Assembly (NCBI GenBank): GCA_035517495.1
Contig: DATIYT010000120.1
Location: forward strand, 9,046 to 73,045
Reading direction: 5' to 3'
From: Stellaceae bacterium
Lineage (GTDB): Bacteria > Pseudomonadota > Alphaproteobacteria > ATCC43930 > CGMCC-115725
DNA: 64,000 bases
In this document: in pieces, positions 21,790 through 32,081 of the stretch
Layout: each line of letters begins with the position of its first letter
How positions within the stretch are numbered: the first letter of the stretch is position 1
Translations under genes and position numbers: made by a program
The notes under the pieces: model-generated
What the model was told of the DNA's origin: nothing
The model's database searches: none
The model's input: the letters and a program-made list of their open reading frames with translations, nothing else

Positions 21790-23153
21790 ATGTCCTGTTC
21801 ACAGAGGCGGCGTTGCTCCCCTCGGGATGGGCGCGCCATGTGCGCCTGACGATCGACGATGCCGGCGCGATCGCGCGCGTCGAGGTCGATGCCTCCGAGG
21901 CCGGCGCCGAACGGCTTGCGGGTCCGGTCGTGCCCGGCATGCCCAATCTTCATTCGCACGCGTTTCAGCGCGGCATGGCGGGCTTGACCGAGCAAGGCGG
22001 GCGCGGCGGCGACGATTTCTGGGGTTGGCGCGAGGTCATGTACCGCTTCCTCGCGGCATTGCAGCCGGAGGATGTCCGCGCCATCGCGGCGCAGCTTTAT
22101 CTGGAGATGGTGTGTGCGGGATACACGGCGGTGGGCGAGTTCCACTACCTGCACAACGCGCCCGACGGCACGCCCTATGCCGACCGCGCTGCCATGGCTG
22201 AGGCGATCCTCGACGCGGCGGGCGAGATCGGGATCGGCCTTACGCTCATGCCGTCGCTCTATCAAAGCAGCAGCTTCGGCGGCGCCGCCCCCACGCCGGG
22301 CCAGCGCCGCTTCATCAGCGGCACCGATGAGATATTGGCGTCGATTGCGAGGCTGATGGCGCGGCACAGGGACGACCCTCAGGTGCGGATCGGGATCGCG
22401 CCGCACTCGCTGCGTGCGGTGCCGCCGCAACCGCTCGCTGTTGCCATCGCCGCTCTGCGGCGGCTCGACGCGTCGGCGCCTATCCATATTCACGTGGCGG
22501 AGCAGCAGCGCGAGGTGGATCAATGCCTCGCCTGGAGCGGGGCGCGTCCGGTGGACTGGCTGCTCGATCACGCGCCGGTGGACGAGCATTGGTGCATCGT
22601 GCATGCGACGCATATGACCGCCGATGAGAGAACTCGCCTTGCTCGGAGCGGCGCGGTGGCAGCCCTTTGTCCCACGACCGAGGGAAACCTGGGCGACGGC
22701 TTCTTTGACCTCGCGGAGTACCTGAGTGCCGGCGGGCGCTGGGGGATCGGTACCGACAGCCATGTTTCCATCGACCCCGCCGAAGAGCTGCGCTGGCTCG
22801 ACTACGGTCAGCGGCTCCGCGCCGAGCGCCGCATGGCGCTGGGCGATCGCGGCGGCGGCACCGCGCTCTGGAGCGCCGCCGCGGAAGGCGGACGGCAAGC
22901 GCTGGGCCGTCCGATCGGCCGTATCGAGGCGGGTTCGCGCGCCGACCTGGTCGTGCTTGACGGTGGTGCGCCCGCGCTCTATGGGCGGGGCGGCGATATG
23001 TTCGCGGACTCGCTGGTTTTCGCGGGCGGCGCCAAACTTGTGCGCGATGTGATGATCGGCGGACGCTGGCGGGTGCGCGAGCGCCACCATGCGGCCCAGC
23101 AGCGCATCGACGCTGCTTACCGCCGGACGCTCGACCGAATCCTTTCTCGCTAG
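21786..23153 (+). CDS. hutF: formimidoylglutamate deiminase (amidohydrolase superfamily)
   Basis: ATGA overlap with the Nudix stop. Motifs PGMPNLHSHAFQRGMAGLTE, HIHVAEQQREVDQC and TEGNLGDG. Confidence 0.75.
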
Positions 23154-23401
23154 GCGCGCCGGAGCGCGTGGAAGACGATCAGCACCAGAACCGAACCACC
23201 GACCGCGACCGCGAGACTGTAGAGGTTGAGCCCGTGCACCCCTGCACGGTGGAAAAAATGCTCCATGATCCAGCCGCCGACGATACCGCCGACAACGCCG
23301 AGCAAGAGATTCGTGAGGAGACCTTCGCCGCGCTTGTTCACGATCCTGCTGGCGACAAAGCCGGCCACGATCCCCAAAATGATCCACACCAATATGGCCA
23401 T
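23150..23401 (-). CDS. GlsB/YeaQ/YmgE-family (transglycosylase-associated) small membrane protein
   Basis: MAILVWIILGIVAGFVASRIV...GVVGGIVGGW pattern. GGGGAG lies upstream. Confidence 0.75.
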   Translation of the reverse strand: MAILVWIILGIVAGFVASRIVNKRGEGLLTNLLLGVVGGIVGGWIMEHFFHRAGVHGLNLYSLAVAVGGSVLVLIVFHALRRA

Positions 23402-23666
23402 AAACTAATCTCCCCCGAATGAAATGTGGAAAGGTGGTAAAGCGGTGGATGAACTTAACAGACCGGTATCGCACGCGCGAGCACGCCGAGAAAAATCTTG
23501 CTGTAAAGACACTGGAGAGACGAGGAAAGGGCCACCCACGGCAGATCGAGAATTACTCTGCGTCTCTGTGTCTCGCCGGAGGGTCGTCGACGCCCTGTAT
23601 GCACGGCCTGAAATGCTCTAGCATGCGGGCCGAGTGTCCAATGAGATTCATCGCTTCCTCCCGCTA

Positions 23667-24923
23667 ATGGCTCGATATTCCGTTCTCAGTCTCGCGCGGC
23701 ATGCGCTCACGGGGCACCGGCACTGGCCGCGTGCCTGGCGCGATCCCGATCCGAAGCCGCGCTATCAGGTGATCATCATCGGCGGCGGCGGCCACGGCCT
23801 CGCGACCGCCTACTATCTTGCCAAGGAGCACGGCATCACCGACGTTGCGGTGCTTGAGAAAGGCTGGATCGGCGGCGGAAACACCGGGCGCAATACCACG
23901 ATCATCCGCTCCAATTACCTGCTCGATGCCAATGCGCGGCTCTACGAATTCTCGCTCAAGCTCTGGGAGGGACTGAGCCGCGATCTCAATTACAACGTGA
24001 TGGTGAGCCAACGCGGCATGGTGAACCTGGCCCATTCGGACACGCAGATGGAAGCATTTGCGCGGCGCGGCAATGCGATGCGCTTGAACGGGATCGACGC
24101 CGAGCTGCTGAACCGAGAGCAAGTGCGCGAGATGATCCCGCTGCTGGATTTCTCAGCCGAGGCTCGCTTCCCGATCTATGGCGCGTTATTGCAACGACGC
24201 GGCGGAACGGCGCGCCACGACGCCGTCGCCTGGGGCTTCGCACGCGGCGCCGACCAGCGGGGCGTCGATATCATCCAGAATTGCGAGGTGACGGGCATCC
24301 GCGTCGAAGGAGGGCACGTGCGCGGGGTCGAGACGACGCGCGGTGCGATTGCCACCGACAAAATCGGCATCGCCGTCGCCGGGCATTCGAGCCAAGTGGC
24401 GGCCATGGCCGGCCTGCGCCTGCCGATCGAGAGCCACGTGCTGCAGGCTTTCGTATCCGAGCCGCTGAAGCCGTTCCTGCACACCGTCGTCACCTTCGGC
24501 GCCGGGCATTTCTACGTGAGCCAGTCCGACAAGGGCGAGCTGGTGATGGGCGGCGATCTCGACATGTACAACAGCTATGCCCAGCGCGGGAACATGCCGC
24601 TGGTGGAGCACACGCTCGCGGGCGGCCTCGCGCTGTTCCCCTGTTTCAGCCGGCTGCGCATGATGCGGCTCTGGGGTGGCGTCAATGACATGACCATGGA
24701 CGGTAGCCACATTATCTCCAAGACGCCGATCGAAGGGCTCTATCTCAACGGTGGCTGGTGCTATGGCGGCTTCAAGGCGACGCCGGGCTCCGGTTGGGTG
24801 TTCGCCTACACGATCGCGCAAGATCGGCCGCATCAGCTCAACGAACCTTTCACTCTCGATCGCTTCGCGCGCGGCGTCGTCTTCGACGAGAAGGGCGCGG
24901 GCCCCACGCCCAATGCGCATTAG
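23667..24923 (+). CDS. soxB: sarcosine oxidase subunit beta
   Basis: MARYSVLSLARHAL...IIIGGGGHGLATAYYLAKEHGI. Start trimmed to the conserved M-x-RYS N-terminus. Confidence 0.9.
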   Translation: MARYSVLSLARHALTGHRHWPRAWRDPDPKPRYQVIIIGGGGHGLATAYYLAKEHGITDVAVLEKGWIGGGNTGRNTTIIRSNYLLDANARLYEFSLKLWEGLSRDLNYNVMVSQRGMVNLAHSDTQMEAFARRGNAMRLNGIDAELLNREQVREMIPLLDFSAEARFPIYGALLQRRGGTARHDAVAWGFARGADQRGVDIIQNCEVTGIRVEGGHVRGVETTRGAIATDKIGIAVAGHSSQVAAMAGLRLPIESHVLQAFVSEPLKPFLHTVVTFGAGHFYVSQSDKGELVMGGDLDMYNSYAQRGNMPLVEHTLAGGLALFPCFSRLRMMRLWGGVNDMTMDGSHIISKTPIEGLYLNGGWCYGGFKATPGSGWVFAYTIAQDRPHQLNEPFTLDRFARGVVFDEKGAGPTPNAH

Positions 24924-24935
24924 GAGGGGCGCACC

Positions 24936-25199
24936 ATGCTGCTGATCGACTGTCCCTGGTGCGGCGCGCGCGATCAGGTGGAGTTCACCTATGCAGGAGA
25001 TGCGACGGTGCGGCGTCCCGATCCGGACGCCGGTGAAACCGCATTCGCGGAGTACGTCTACCTCCGCGACAATCCGCGCGGTCCCCACCGCGAGCTTTGG
25101 CAGCACACCGCTGGCTGCCGGCGCTTCTTGCTGGTCGAGCGCAATACGCTGACCCACGAAATTTCCGGCACTGCGCCACCGCGCGAGGGACCCCAGTGA
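24936..25199 (+). CDS. soxD: sarcosine oxidase subunit delta
   Basis: MLLIDCPWCGARDQVEFTYAGDA... is typical of SoxD, and the gene lies between soxB and soxA. Confidence 0.85.
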   Translation: MLLIDCPWCGARDQVEFTYAGDATVRRPDPDAGETAFAEYVYLRDNPRGPHRELWQHTAGCRRFLLVERNTLTHEISGTAPPREGPQ

Positions 25200-28177
25200 C
25201 GGAGCCGTTCCGCACCGCGAGCGGCGGCAGCGCGATTGACCGCTCTCGGCCGCTCTCCTTCAGCTTCGATGGAAAGCGCCACATCGGTTGCGCCGGCGAC
25301 ACCCTGGCCTCGGCGTTGCTGGCCAATGGCGTGCGCCTGGTCGGACGCAGCTTCAAATACCATCGCCCGCGCGGCGTCTACACCGCGGGACCGGAGGAAC
25401 CGAACGCCCTAGTGGCACTCCGGCGCGGCGCGCGGCACGAACCCAGTACGCGCGCCACCATGATCGAGCTCTACGACGGCCTTGAGGCCGAGAGTCAAAA
25501 CCGCTGGCCGTCGCTCGGCCTGGACCTGCTTGCCGCAAACGACTGGCTTTCGGTGCTGCTGCCGGCGGGCTTCTACTACAAGACCTTCATGGGTCCGCCG
25601 GGGTGGATGACCTATGAGCACTGGATCCGTCGTGCGGCGGGATTGGGAACGGCGCCCGAGGGCCGCGACCCCGACCGTTACGAGCATCGCCACGCCCATT
25701 GCGACGTGCTGGTGGTGGGCAGCGGTGCCACGGGCCTGATGGCGGCGCTGGCGGCCGCGCGCGCCGGCGCTCGCGTCATCCTCTGCGACGAGCGCGCGGA
25801 GCTCGGCGGCTCGCTGCTGCGCGAAAGCGACCGCGTGGGCGGCGAACCCGGTGCCGGCTGGTCGCGTCGCATTTCCGCGGAGATAGCAGCGCTGCCCAAC
25901 GTGCGCGTGCTGGTGCGCACCACGGCCTTCGGCCTTTTCGATGACGGCATGGCGGCGCTGGCGGAGCGGGTGGCGGATCATCTCCCGGCGCCGCCGCCGA
26001 ACCAACCGCGCCAGCGGCGCTGGAATGTGCGCGCCAAGCAGATCGTGCTGGCGACGGGTGCGATCGAGCGTCCGCTGGTGTTTCCCGATAATGACCGCCC
26101 TGGGATCATGCTGGCTTCCGCCGCGCGCGCCTACGTCAACCAATACGGTGTATGTCCTGGCCGGCGCGCGGTGGTGTTCGCAAACAACAGCGGCGCCTAT
26201 CAAACGGCCGTCGATCTCACCGCAGCCGGCGTGACGGTGGTGGCGATCGTCGACAGCCGCGCATCGCCGGGCGCGGTCGCGGATCGCGCGCGGCAGAGCG
26301 GCATCGACGTGCTCGCGGGTCACGTGGTGGCGGCAACGCATGGCCGGATGGCACTCGCGGGCATATCGGTGGCCTCAATTTCCGATGCGACGGAGCGGCG
26401 CGGCATCGTCTGCGACCTGCTGGCGGTCTCCGGCGGATTCAATCCGACCGTGCATCTTCATTGTCACGCCAGCGGCAAGCTCACCTGGGATGAGGCGCAG
26501 CTCTGCTTCGTCCCCGGGACGGGCCGCGCCTATGTCCGTTCGGCAGGGTCGGCGCGTGGTCAATTCGCGCTTTCGAAGTGCCTGGCAGACGGCGTGCGCG
26601 TGGGACAAGAAGCCGCGGCGGCGGCCGGTTTTTCGTCGAGTGCGGGGGTCGAGCTTCCGGGCGTTGAGGATGGTGCGCCGCTCTCATCGGAGGCGCTTTG
26701 GTCAGTCCCTGTGAAGGGTCGAGGCAAGCGCTTCGTCGATATTCAAGACGATGTGACCCTGGGCGACCTCGGTCTCGCGGCGCGCGAAGGCTATGTCTCG
26801 GTCGAGCACCTGAAACGGTACACGACCCTGGGCATGGGAACGGACCAGGGCAAGACCGCCAATGTGACTGGGTTGGCACTGCTCGCACAGCAGCGCGGCG
26901 CCTCCATCCCCGCGGTCGGTACCACCACCTTCCGCCCGCCCTATACGCCCGTCGCCATCGGCGTTCTGGTCGGGCGCGAGACTGGACGCCATTACGCGCC
27001 GACGCGGCGCACCGCCATGCACGAGTGGCACGAGGAGCACGGCGCACTCATGTTGGAAACGGGGCTTTGGATGCGGCCGCGTTGTTATCCGCGCGCCGGC
27101 GAAAGTCCGACCGATGCCATCCGCCGCGAAGCAGCGCATGTGCGGCGCGCCGTCGGGATGGTCGATGTGTCGACGCTCGGCAAGATCGATGTGCAGGGCC
27201 CCGATGCGACCCTGTTCCTCGACCGCGTTTACGCCAATAACTGGGCGAGCCTGCCCGTGGGAAAGGCCCGCTACGGCATCATGCTGCGCGAGGACGGAAT
27301 CGTCTTCGACGACGGGACCACCAGCCGCCTCACCGAACAGTGCTACTTCATGACCACCACCACCGCGAATGCGGCGGCGGTGCTGGCGCATCTCGAGCAC
27401 CTACTGCAGGTGGTCTGGCCCGCGATCAGGGTGCAGGTTACGTCCGTCACCGATCAATGGGCCGCGATGGCGCTGGCGGGACCCAAGAGCCGCGCCGTGC
27501 TCGAGAAAGCCGCCGAGGGAGCGGACGTCTCGAACACCGGACTCCCGTTCATGGGTGTGCGCGAGGCGCGGATCGCGGGCGTTCCCGTCCGAATCTTTCG
27601 CATCAGCTTTTCAGGCGAGCTCGCCTACGAGATCAATGCGCCCGCTCACCATGGCCGCCTGGTCTGGGAGACGCTGATGTCCGCGGGTCAAAGCCACGAC
27701 ATCATTCCCTACGGCACCGAGGCCATGGGCGTGTTGCGCGTCGAAAAGGGGCATGTGGCGGGACCGGAGATCGATGGTCGCACGACGCCGGGGGATTTGG
27801 GTCTGGGCCGCTTGGTCGCGCAGAAAAAGCCGGACTTCGTCGGCAAGCATCTTCTGAGCCGACCGGGTTTGCAGGATTCCGCGCGGCTCAGGCTTGTGGG
27901 GCTGGTGCCCGTGGATGGTTCCTCGCGTCTGCGCAGCGGCGCGCATCTGGTCCGCGACCCGGCGCCGACCCTACCGACGCAAAGCCTCGGTCACGTCACC
28001 TCGGGGGTGTTTAGCCCGACGCTCGGGCATCCGATCGCGCTGGCCTTGCTGGCGGGCGGGCTCGAGCACAAGGGCGAGACCATACAGGTCGCGTTTCCTA
28101 TGGACGGCGGCGTGGTCGCCGCGCGGATCGTCAATCCGGTCTTCGTTGATGCCGAGGGAGCTCGGCTCCATGCCTGA
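25196..28177 (+). CDS. soxA: sarcosine oxidase subunit alpha
   Basis: GTG start overlaps the soxD stop. GDTLASALLANGVRLVGRSFKYHRPRG. C-terminal aminomethyltransferase-like folate domain. Confidence 0.9.
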   Translation: MTEPFRTASGGSAIDRSRPLSFSFDGKRHIGCAGDTLASALLANGVRLVGRSFKYHRPRGVYTAGPEEPNALVALRRGARHEPSTRATMIELYDGLEAESQNRWPSLGLDLLAANDWLSVLLPAGFYYKTFMGPPGWMTYEHWIRRAAGLGTAPEGRDPDRYEHRHAHCDVLVVGSGATGLMAALAAARAGARVILCDERAELGGSLLRESDRVGGEPGAGWSRRISAEIAALPNVRVLVRTTAFGLFDDGMAALAERVADHLPAPPPNQPRQRRWNVRAKQIVLATGAIERPLVFPDNDRPGIMLASAARAYVNQYGVCPGRRAVVFANNSGAYQTAVDLTAAGVTVVAIVDSRASPGAVADRARQSGIDVLAGHVVAATHGRMALAGISVASISDATERRGIVCDLLAVSGGFNPTVHLHCHASGKLTWDEAQLCFVPGTGRAYVRSAGSARGQFALSKCLADGVRVGQEAAAAAGFSSSAGVELPGVEDGAPLSSEALWSVPVKGRGKRFVDIQDDVTLGDLGLAAREGYVSVEHLKRYTTLGMGTDQGKTANVTGLALLAQQRGASIPAVGTTTFRPPYTPVAIGVLVGRETGRHYAPTRRTAMHEWHEEHGALMLETGLWMRPRCYPRAGESPTDAIRREAAHVRRAVGMVDVSTLGKIDVQGPDATLFLDRVYANNWASLPVGKARYGIMLREDGIVFDDGTTSRLTEQCYFMTTTTANAAAVLAHLEHLLQVVWPAIRVQVTSVTDQWAAMALAGPKSRAVLEKAAEGADVSNTGLPFMGVREARIAGVPVRIFRISFSGELAYEINAPAHHGRLVWETLMSAGQSHDIIPYGTEAMGVLRVEKGHVAGPEIDGRTTPGDLGLGRLVAQKKPDFVGKHLLSRPGLQDSARLRLVGLVPVDGSSRLRSGAHLVRDPAPTLPTQSLGHVTSGVFSPTLGHPIALALLAGGLEHKGETIQVAFPMDGGVVAARIVNPVFVDAEGARLHA

Positions 28178-28757
28178 GCGCCGCTCTGCGCTGGCTGAAT
28201 GCTTGCGCCCGGGTCTCTACGGCGCCGTCGCGGCCGGCTCTCCCAATCTAGCGATCGGCGAAGTAACTGATCTGGCGATGGTGCAAGTCGCCGCTATTGA
28301 TGCCGCGCAAGCGTGGGCGGCGCTCGCTCCTGCGATCGGCACTTCCGCACCTCTCGCCCGCCACGGGGTTGCATCAAGCGGCCTCACGCGCGTGCTCTGG
28401 ACCGGTCCCGGGCGCTGGCTGGTGTGCGAGCCCGAAAGCCGCGATCTCGTGGGCCTGATCGCCGAGCGCTGCACACCGGAAATCGCCGCCATCACCGATT
28501 TGAGCCACGCGCGCACGGTGATCCGCATTGAAGGCAATGCCGCGCGCCCGGTGCTGGCGAAGCTCTGCACACTCGACTTCGACCCGCCGGCTTTTCCGGC
28601 GGACACCTGCGCGCAGACGCAGCTAGGGCAGATCGGCGCACTTTTGGATTGCCGCGCCGACGACACGTTCGATATCGCGGTCTATCGCGGCTTCGCCGTT
28701 TCGGCTTGGGAAACGGTGACCGACGCCGCGCTCGAATTCGGCTATCAAGTGCGATAA
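28170..28757 (+). CDS. soxG: sarcosine oxidase subunit gamma
   Basis: ATG at 28170 overlaps the soxA end by 8 nt. SoxG-like size and position. Confidence 0.8.
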   Translation: MPERRSALAECLRPGLYGAVAAGSPNLAIGEVTDLAMVQVAAIDAAQAWAALAPAIGTSAPLARHGVASSGLTRVLWTGPGRWLVCEPESRDLVGLIAERCTPEIAAITDLSHARTVIRIEGNAARPVLAKLCTLDFDPPAFPADTCAQTQLGQIGALLDCRADDTFDIAVYRGFAVSAWETVTDAALEFGYQVR

Positions 28758-28777
28758 ATCAAAGAAAGCGAGCGGCC

Positions 28778-29836
28778 ATGGCGCGCAAAAAATCAAGCAC
28801 GGGAAAATCGCTGATGCAGCGGCTCGCAGCGGGTCCGGTGATTTGCGCCGAAGGCTATCTCTTCGAGTTCGAGCGGCGGGGTTATCTCCAGGCCGGCGCC
28901 TATGTGCCGGAGGTGGTGCTGGAGCATCCGGAGATGGTGGAGCAGTTGCACCGCGAATTCGTGCACGCGGGCTCCGACGTGGTGGAGGCTTTCACCTATT
29001 ACGCTCATCGCCAGAAGCTGCGCATCATCGGCCGGGAGAGGGATCTGGAGCCGATGAACCGAGCGGCGCTCAAGATCGCCAAGAAAGTGGCGCGCGTTAC
29101 AGGGGCCTTGTTCGCCGGCAACATCTGCAACACAAACATCTACGATCCCGCCGATCCGAAGACGCACAAGGCCGTGCACGCGATGTTCGAGGAGCAGGTG
29201 GGTTGGGCCGGAGACGCCGGTGTTGATTTTGTGATCGGCGAGACCTTTTCCTTTGCCGCGGAGGCATTGCTCGCGCTCGACGTCATCAAGGAGGCAAAGA
29301 AGACCGCGGTCATCACGCTTGCGATGCACCAGGAAGACGTGACGCGCGAAGGATGGAGCGTGGTCGAAGCGGCAAAGCGCCTGGAGGGCGCGGGCGCCGA
29401 CGTGGTTGGGCTCAACTGCATCCGCGGGCCTCACACCATGATGCCGCTGCTGAAGCGCATGCGCCGTGCGGTCAAGTGCGAGATGGCGGCGCTCCCCGTG
29501 CCCTATCGCACCACGCGCAAGCAACCCTCGTTTCAGTCGCTGCAAGATTCGCATTGCGACTGCATTCCCGGCGGACGGCCGTTTCCGACCGCGCTCGATC
29601 CCTTCGTGTGCAACCGCTACGAGCTCGGCGAGTTCGCGAGGGAAGCTTACCAAATGGGAATCCACTATCTCGGCGTCTGCTGCGGCGCGGGTCCGCATCA
29701 CATCCGCGCGGTCGCAGAGGCGCTGGGCCGCCATCCCGAGGCCAGCCGCTATTCGCCGGACATGTCGAAACACGCCTTCCTCGGCACGCACAAGCTCGTC
29801 GCCAAAGTGAATCAGCGCTACGTCGGGAAGCTGTAG
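28778..29836 (+). CDS. homocysteine S-methyltransferase family protein (betaine-homocysteine methyltransferase-like)
   Basis: Start MARKKSS. Motifs ICAEGYLFEFERRGY, GLNCIRGP and the GVCCGAGPHHI zinc-ligand Cys pair. Confidence 0.7.
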   Translation: MARKKSSTGKSLMQRLAAGPVICAEGYLFEFERRGYLQAGAYVPEVVLEHPEMVEQLHREFVHAGSDVVEAFTYYAHRQKLRIIGRERDLEPMNRAALKIAKKVARVTGALFAGNICNTNIYDPADPKTHKAVHAMFEEQVGWAGDAGVDFVIGETFSFAAEALLALDVIKEAKKTAVITLAMHQEDVTREGWSVVEAAKRLEGAGADVVGLNCIRGPHTMMPLLKRMRRAVKCEMAALPVPYRTTRKQPSFQSLQDSHCDCIPGGRPFPTALDPFVCNRYELGEFAREAYQMGIHYLGVCCGAGPHHIRAVAEALGRHPEASRYSPDMSKHAFLGTHKLVAKVNQRYVGKL

Positions 29837-29842
29837 GCCAGG

Positions 29843-30364
29843 CTACTCCGCTTCCGCCTGCTCTCGGCACCTCGGGCACAGCCCGCGTACCTCCACCGTC
29901 TGGCGGCTCACCGCGAATCCGAGCTCGCCGGCGCGGCGGCGCACGGCGGTCGCGATCGCGGGATCATCGAGCTCGGCTGTGCCGTTGCAGCGCTCGCAGA
30001 TCAGGAATTGGCTGAGATGCGGCGCATCGGGTCGATCGCATCCCACATAGGCATTGAGCGACTCGATGCGATGGATCAGGCCCTGCGCGATGAGGAAGTC
30101 GAGCGCCCGATAGACCGTGGGTGGAGCGGCATTGGGGTGACGTCGCTTCAAGGCGTCCAGAAGGTGATAGGCGCCGACGGCCTCATGCCCTTCCCACACC
30201 AGCGCCAAGACGTCGCGCCGAAGATCGGTAAGACGCACGCCACGTTGGGCGCAGAGTGCGGCTGCCCGGTCGAGGGCCGATTCGACGCAGCTTTCATGGT
30301 CATGCCGTTCAGGATGAAAGCCGCTGTTGTGTTCGCGCTTCAGCGAGGCGGCGGATCGGGCCAT
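29843..30364 (-). CDS. zur: Fur-family regulator, Zur-like
   Basis: YRALDFLIAQGLIHRIESLNAYVGC, ICERCNG and CPRC motifs. Confidence 0.6.
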   Translation of the reverse strand: MARSAASLKREHNSGFHPERHDHESCVESALDRAAALCAQRGVRLTDLRRDVLALVWEGHEAVGAYHLLDALKRRHPNAAPPTVYRALDFLIAQGLIHRIESLNAYVGCDRPDAPHLSQFLICERCNGTAELDDPAIATAVRRRAGELGFAVSRQTVEVRGLCPRCREQAEAE

Positions 30365-30390
30365 GCGGCTCTCCGACAGGGATTTGGTAC

Positions 30391-30396
30391 ATTATA
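30391..30396 (-). promoter_or_regulatory. perfect TATAAT -10 hexamer upstream of zur
   Basis: The minus strand reads CGTGATATAATGTACC inside an otherwise GC-rich 49-nt gap. GGAGAG lies before the ATG. Confidence 0.3.
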
Positions 30397-30413
30397 TCAC
30401 GAGGCGCCCGGAA

Positions 30414-31220
30414 TCACCGGGGTTGCGCAGTTCCGGCGGGGGCCGGGTTCGCCCTCTCGCCGGGCCGCCCGCGATAGTGGTAGCGATAGATTTCGCGATT
30501 GAAGCCCAGCTCGTTGTAGAGCCGGAGCGCAGGCGTGTTGCTCTTGATCACCTGGAGATAGGCGTTGCCGGCACCTTTGCCGCGCGCCCAGCGCAGCAGC
30601 CCGAGCGTGAGGGCGCGCCCGAAGCCGTGGCGCCGCGCCTCGGGCGCCGTGATGATCGCGTGCAGGCAAACGAGATCCTGTTGCAAAACGCCGATCCCCG
30701 CCGCGACAGGTGTCGCACCCGACCACACCAGCGCGAAGGCCGTGGGTTCGTGGATGCCTGCGACGATCTCAGCAGCGGTTGCGGTTTGTTCCGCGGTGAG
30801 CTTGCTCCAGCGCCGCTGATGCCCGAGCCACTCCGACGTCATCGCGCCCGCGATGTCGATCTCGACTTCGGGCTCGGGCAGGGTCGCATCGAGGGGCTTC
30901 ACGCGGATGCTGGTCTTGTCGGCGCTGTAATAACCGCGCTCGACGAGAGCCGCATCGAGCGCTTCGGTCTCCGGTGCCGTGCTCGGCAAGCGGAATACCA
31001 CGGGGATGTGGCGCCCAGCATAGGCGGCTTCGCAGGCCTCGATCTTGATTGCAAGCGGCTGCGTGCCCGGCTGGGCCGGGGTGACGGAATTGCAGCGCCG
31101 GGTGTAGCCGCGCGCGAAACGCAGCACCCAACCGTCATAGAGCCATGCTTCGATCGGCGGCCAAGTGTCGGCGCAAATTCGTTCGATGCGTTGGGCGAGA
31201 TCGTCGTCTCGGCTAGCCAT
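30414..31220 (-). CDS. GNAT-family N-acetyltransferase (two-domain)
   Basis: C-terminal acetyl-CoA motif RRHGFGRALTLGLLRWARGKG. Confidence 0.7.
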   Translation of the reverse strand: MASRDDDLAQRIERICADTWPPIEAWLYDGWVLRFARGYTRRCNSVTPAQPGTQPLAIKIEACEAAYAGRHIPVVFRLPSTAPETEALDAALVERGYYSADKTSIRVKPLDATLPEPEVEIDIAGAMTSEWLGHQRRWSKLTAEQTATAAEIVAGIHEPTAFALVWSGATPVAAGIGVLQQDLVCLHAIITAPEARRHGFGRALTLGLLRWARGKGAGNAYLQVIKSNTPALRLYNELGFNREIYRYHYRGRPGERANPAPAGTAQPR

Positions 31221-31272
31221 CGCCCGAGGCTACAACGGCGAAGGCCGCGCTGGCGAGTTTAGCCTTTCGGGA

Positions 31273-32019
31273 TCAGGCCTGACCGAGGAAGGTGAGGTAG
31301 TCCTCGCTGATGTCCCTGACTGCGGTCTCCACAAAGCGCTTGCCGTGCTCCGGCGTCGCTAGCGTCGGGTCGGAGCCGATGCGGCCGTCCGGGAAGAGAC
31401 GCCGGTAATCGTCGGCATCGCAGAAATCCCGCTGCTTCGGTCCGACCGGTCCCATTCCCACGCGCTTGATTGCCTCGGGATGGGCGTAGTAGGTGACCGA
31501 AACTTCGCTGGGCGTCGCGTGGCTCCCTTCCTTGTCCGCGAACAGCTCCCTCGAGAGCGCCTTGACGCCATTGCTCTCCCACCAGTTCTTGAGCCGGCAG
31601 CGCACCGAGGGCGCGTTGGCGCCGGGCCGCAGCGACGCCGTCGCATAGAGCTCGGAGAAGGCGGCCGTGACGGTCGCGATATTGCCGCCGTGGCCGTTGA
31701 TGAAGTAGAAGCGTCCGAAGCCGTGCCGCGCGAGCGAGGTCACGTAATCGTGGATCATGGCTATGAGCGTGCTCGGCCGCAGCGTCATCGATCCCGCGAA
31801 CGCCAGATGGTGCTGCGCCATGCCCACATTGATGGTGGGACCGACCATTGCCCCGACCTTTTCGCCGACGCCGCGGCTGATCACCTCGGCGCAGATCGCG
31901 TCGGTGCCGATGAGCCCATTCGGGCCGTGCTGCTCGGTCGAGCCGATCGGCATAATGATGCCCTTGGAGCGCTTGAGGTAACTCTCGACCTCGGCCCAAG
32001 TCTGCAAATGAAGATCCAT
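31273..32019 (-). CDS. creatininase (creatinine amidohydrolase/MftE) family protein
   Basis: Start trimmed to [40 protein letters not shown]. Metal-ligand pattern of the family. Confidence 0.75.
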   Translation of the reverse strand: MDLHLQTWAEVESYLKRSKGIIMPIGSTEQHGPNGLIGTDAICAEVISRGVGEKVGAMVGPTINVGMAQHHLAFAGSMTLRPSTLIAMIHDYVTSLARHGFGRFYFINGHGGNIATVTAAFSELYATASLRPGANAPSVRCRLKNWWESNGVKALSRELFADKEGSHATPSEVSVTYYAHPEAIKRVGMGPVGPKQRDFCDADDYRRLFPDGRIGSDPTLATPEHGKRFVETAVRDISEDYLTFLGQA

Positions 32020-32081
32020 GGCCGCCAGCTCCCCCCGGCCCGCGCCGGCTTTGTCGAAGATTAAATTGTTGAAAGGTCGGC

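Noticed and set aside
23505-23600. CACTGGAGAGACGAGG... upstream of soxB looked like the CUCUGGAGAG start of a glycine riboswitch. That would make biological sense for a glycine-producing operon.
   Set aside because: The conserved CACCGAAGGGGCAA and CUCAGGCAAAAGGAC cores are absent. Only short local inverted repeats (AGAGACG/CGTCTCT) are present.
23623-23669. A 14-codon upstream ORF (MRAECPMRFIASSR) whose TAA overlaps the soxB ATG (TAATG), suggesting termination-reinitiation coupling.
   Set aside because: The uORF has no ribosome-binding site of its own and no recognisable leader-peptide logic. The overlap may be chance, so the evidence is too weak.
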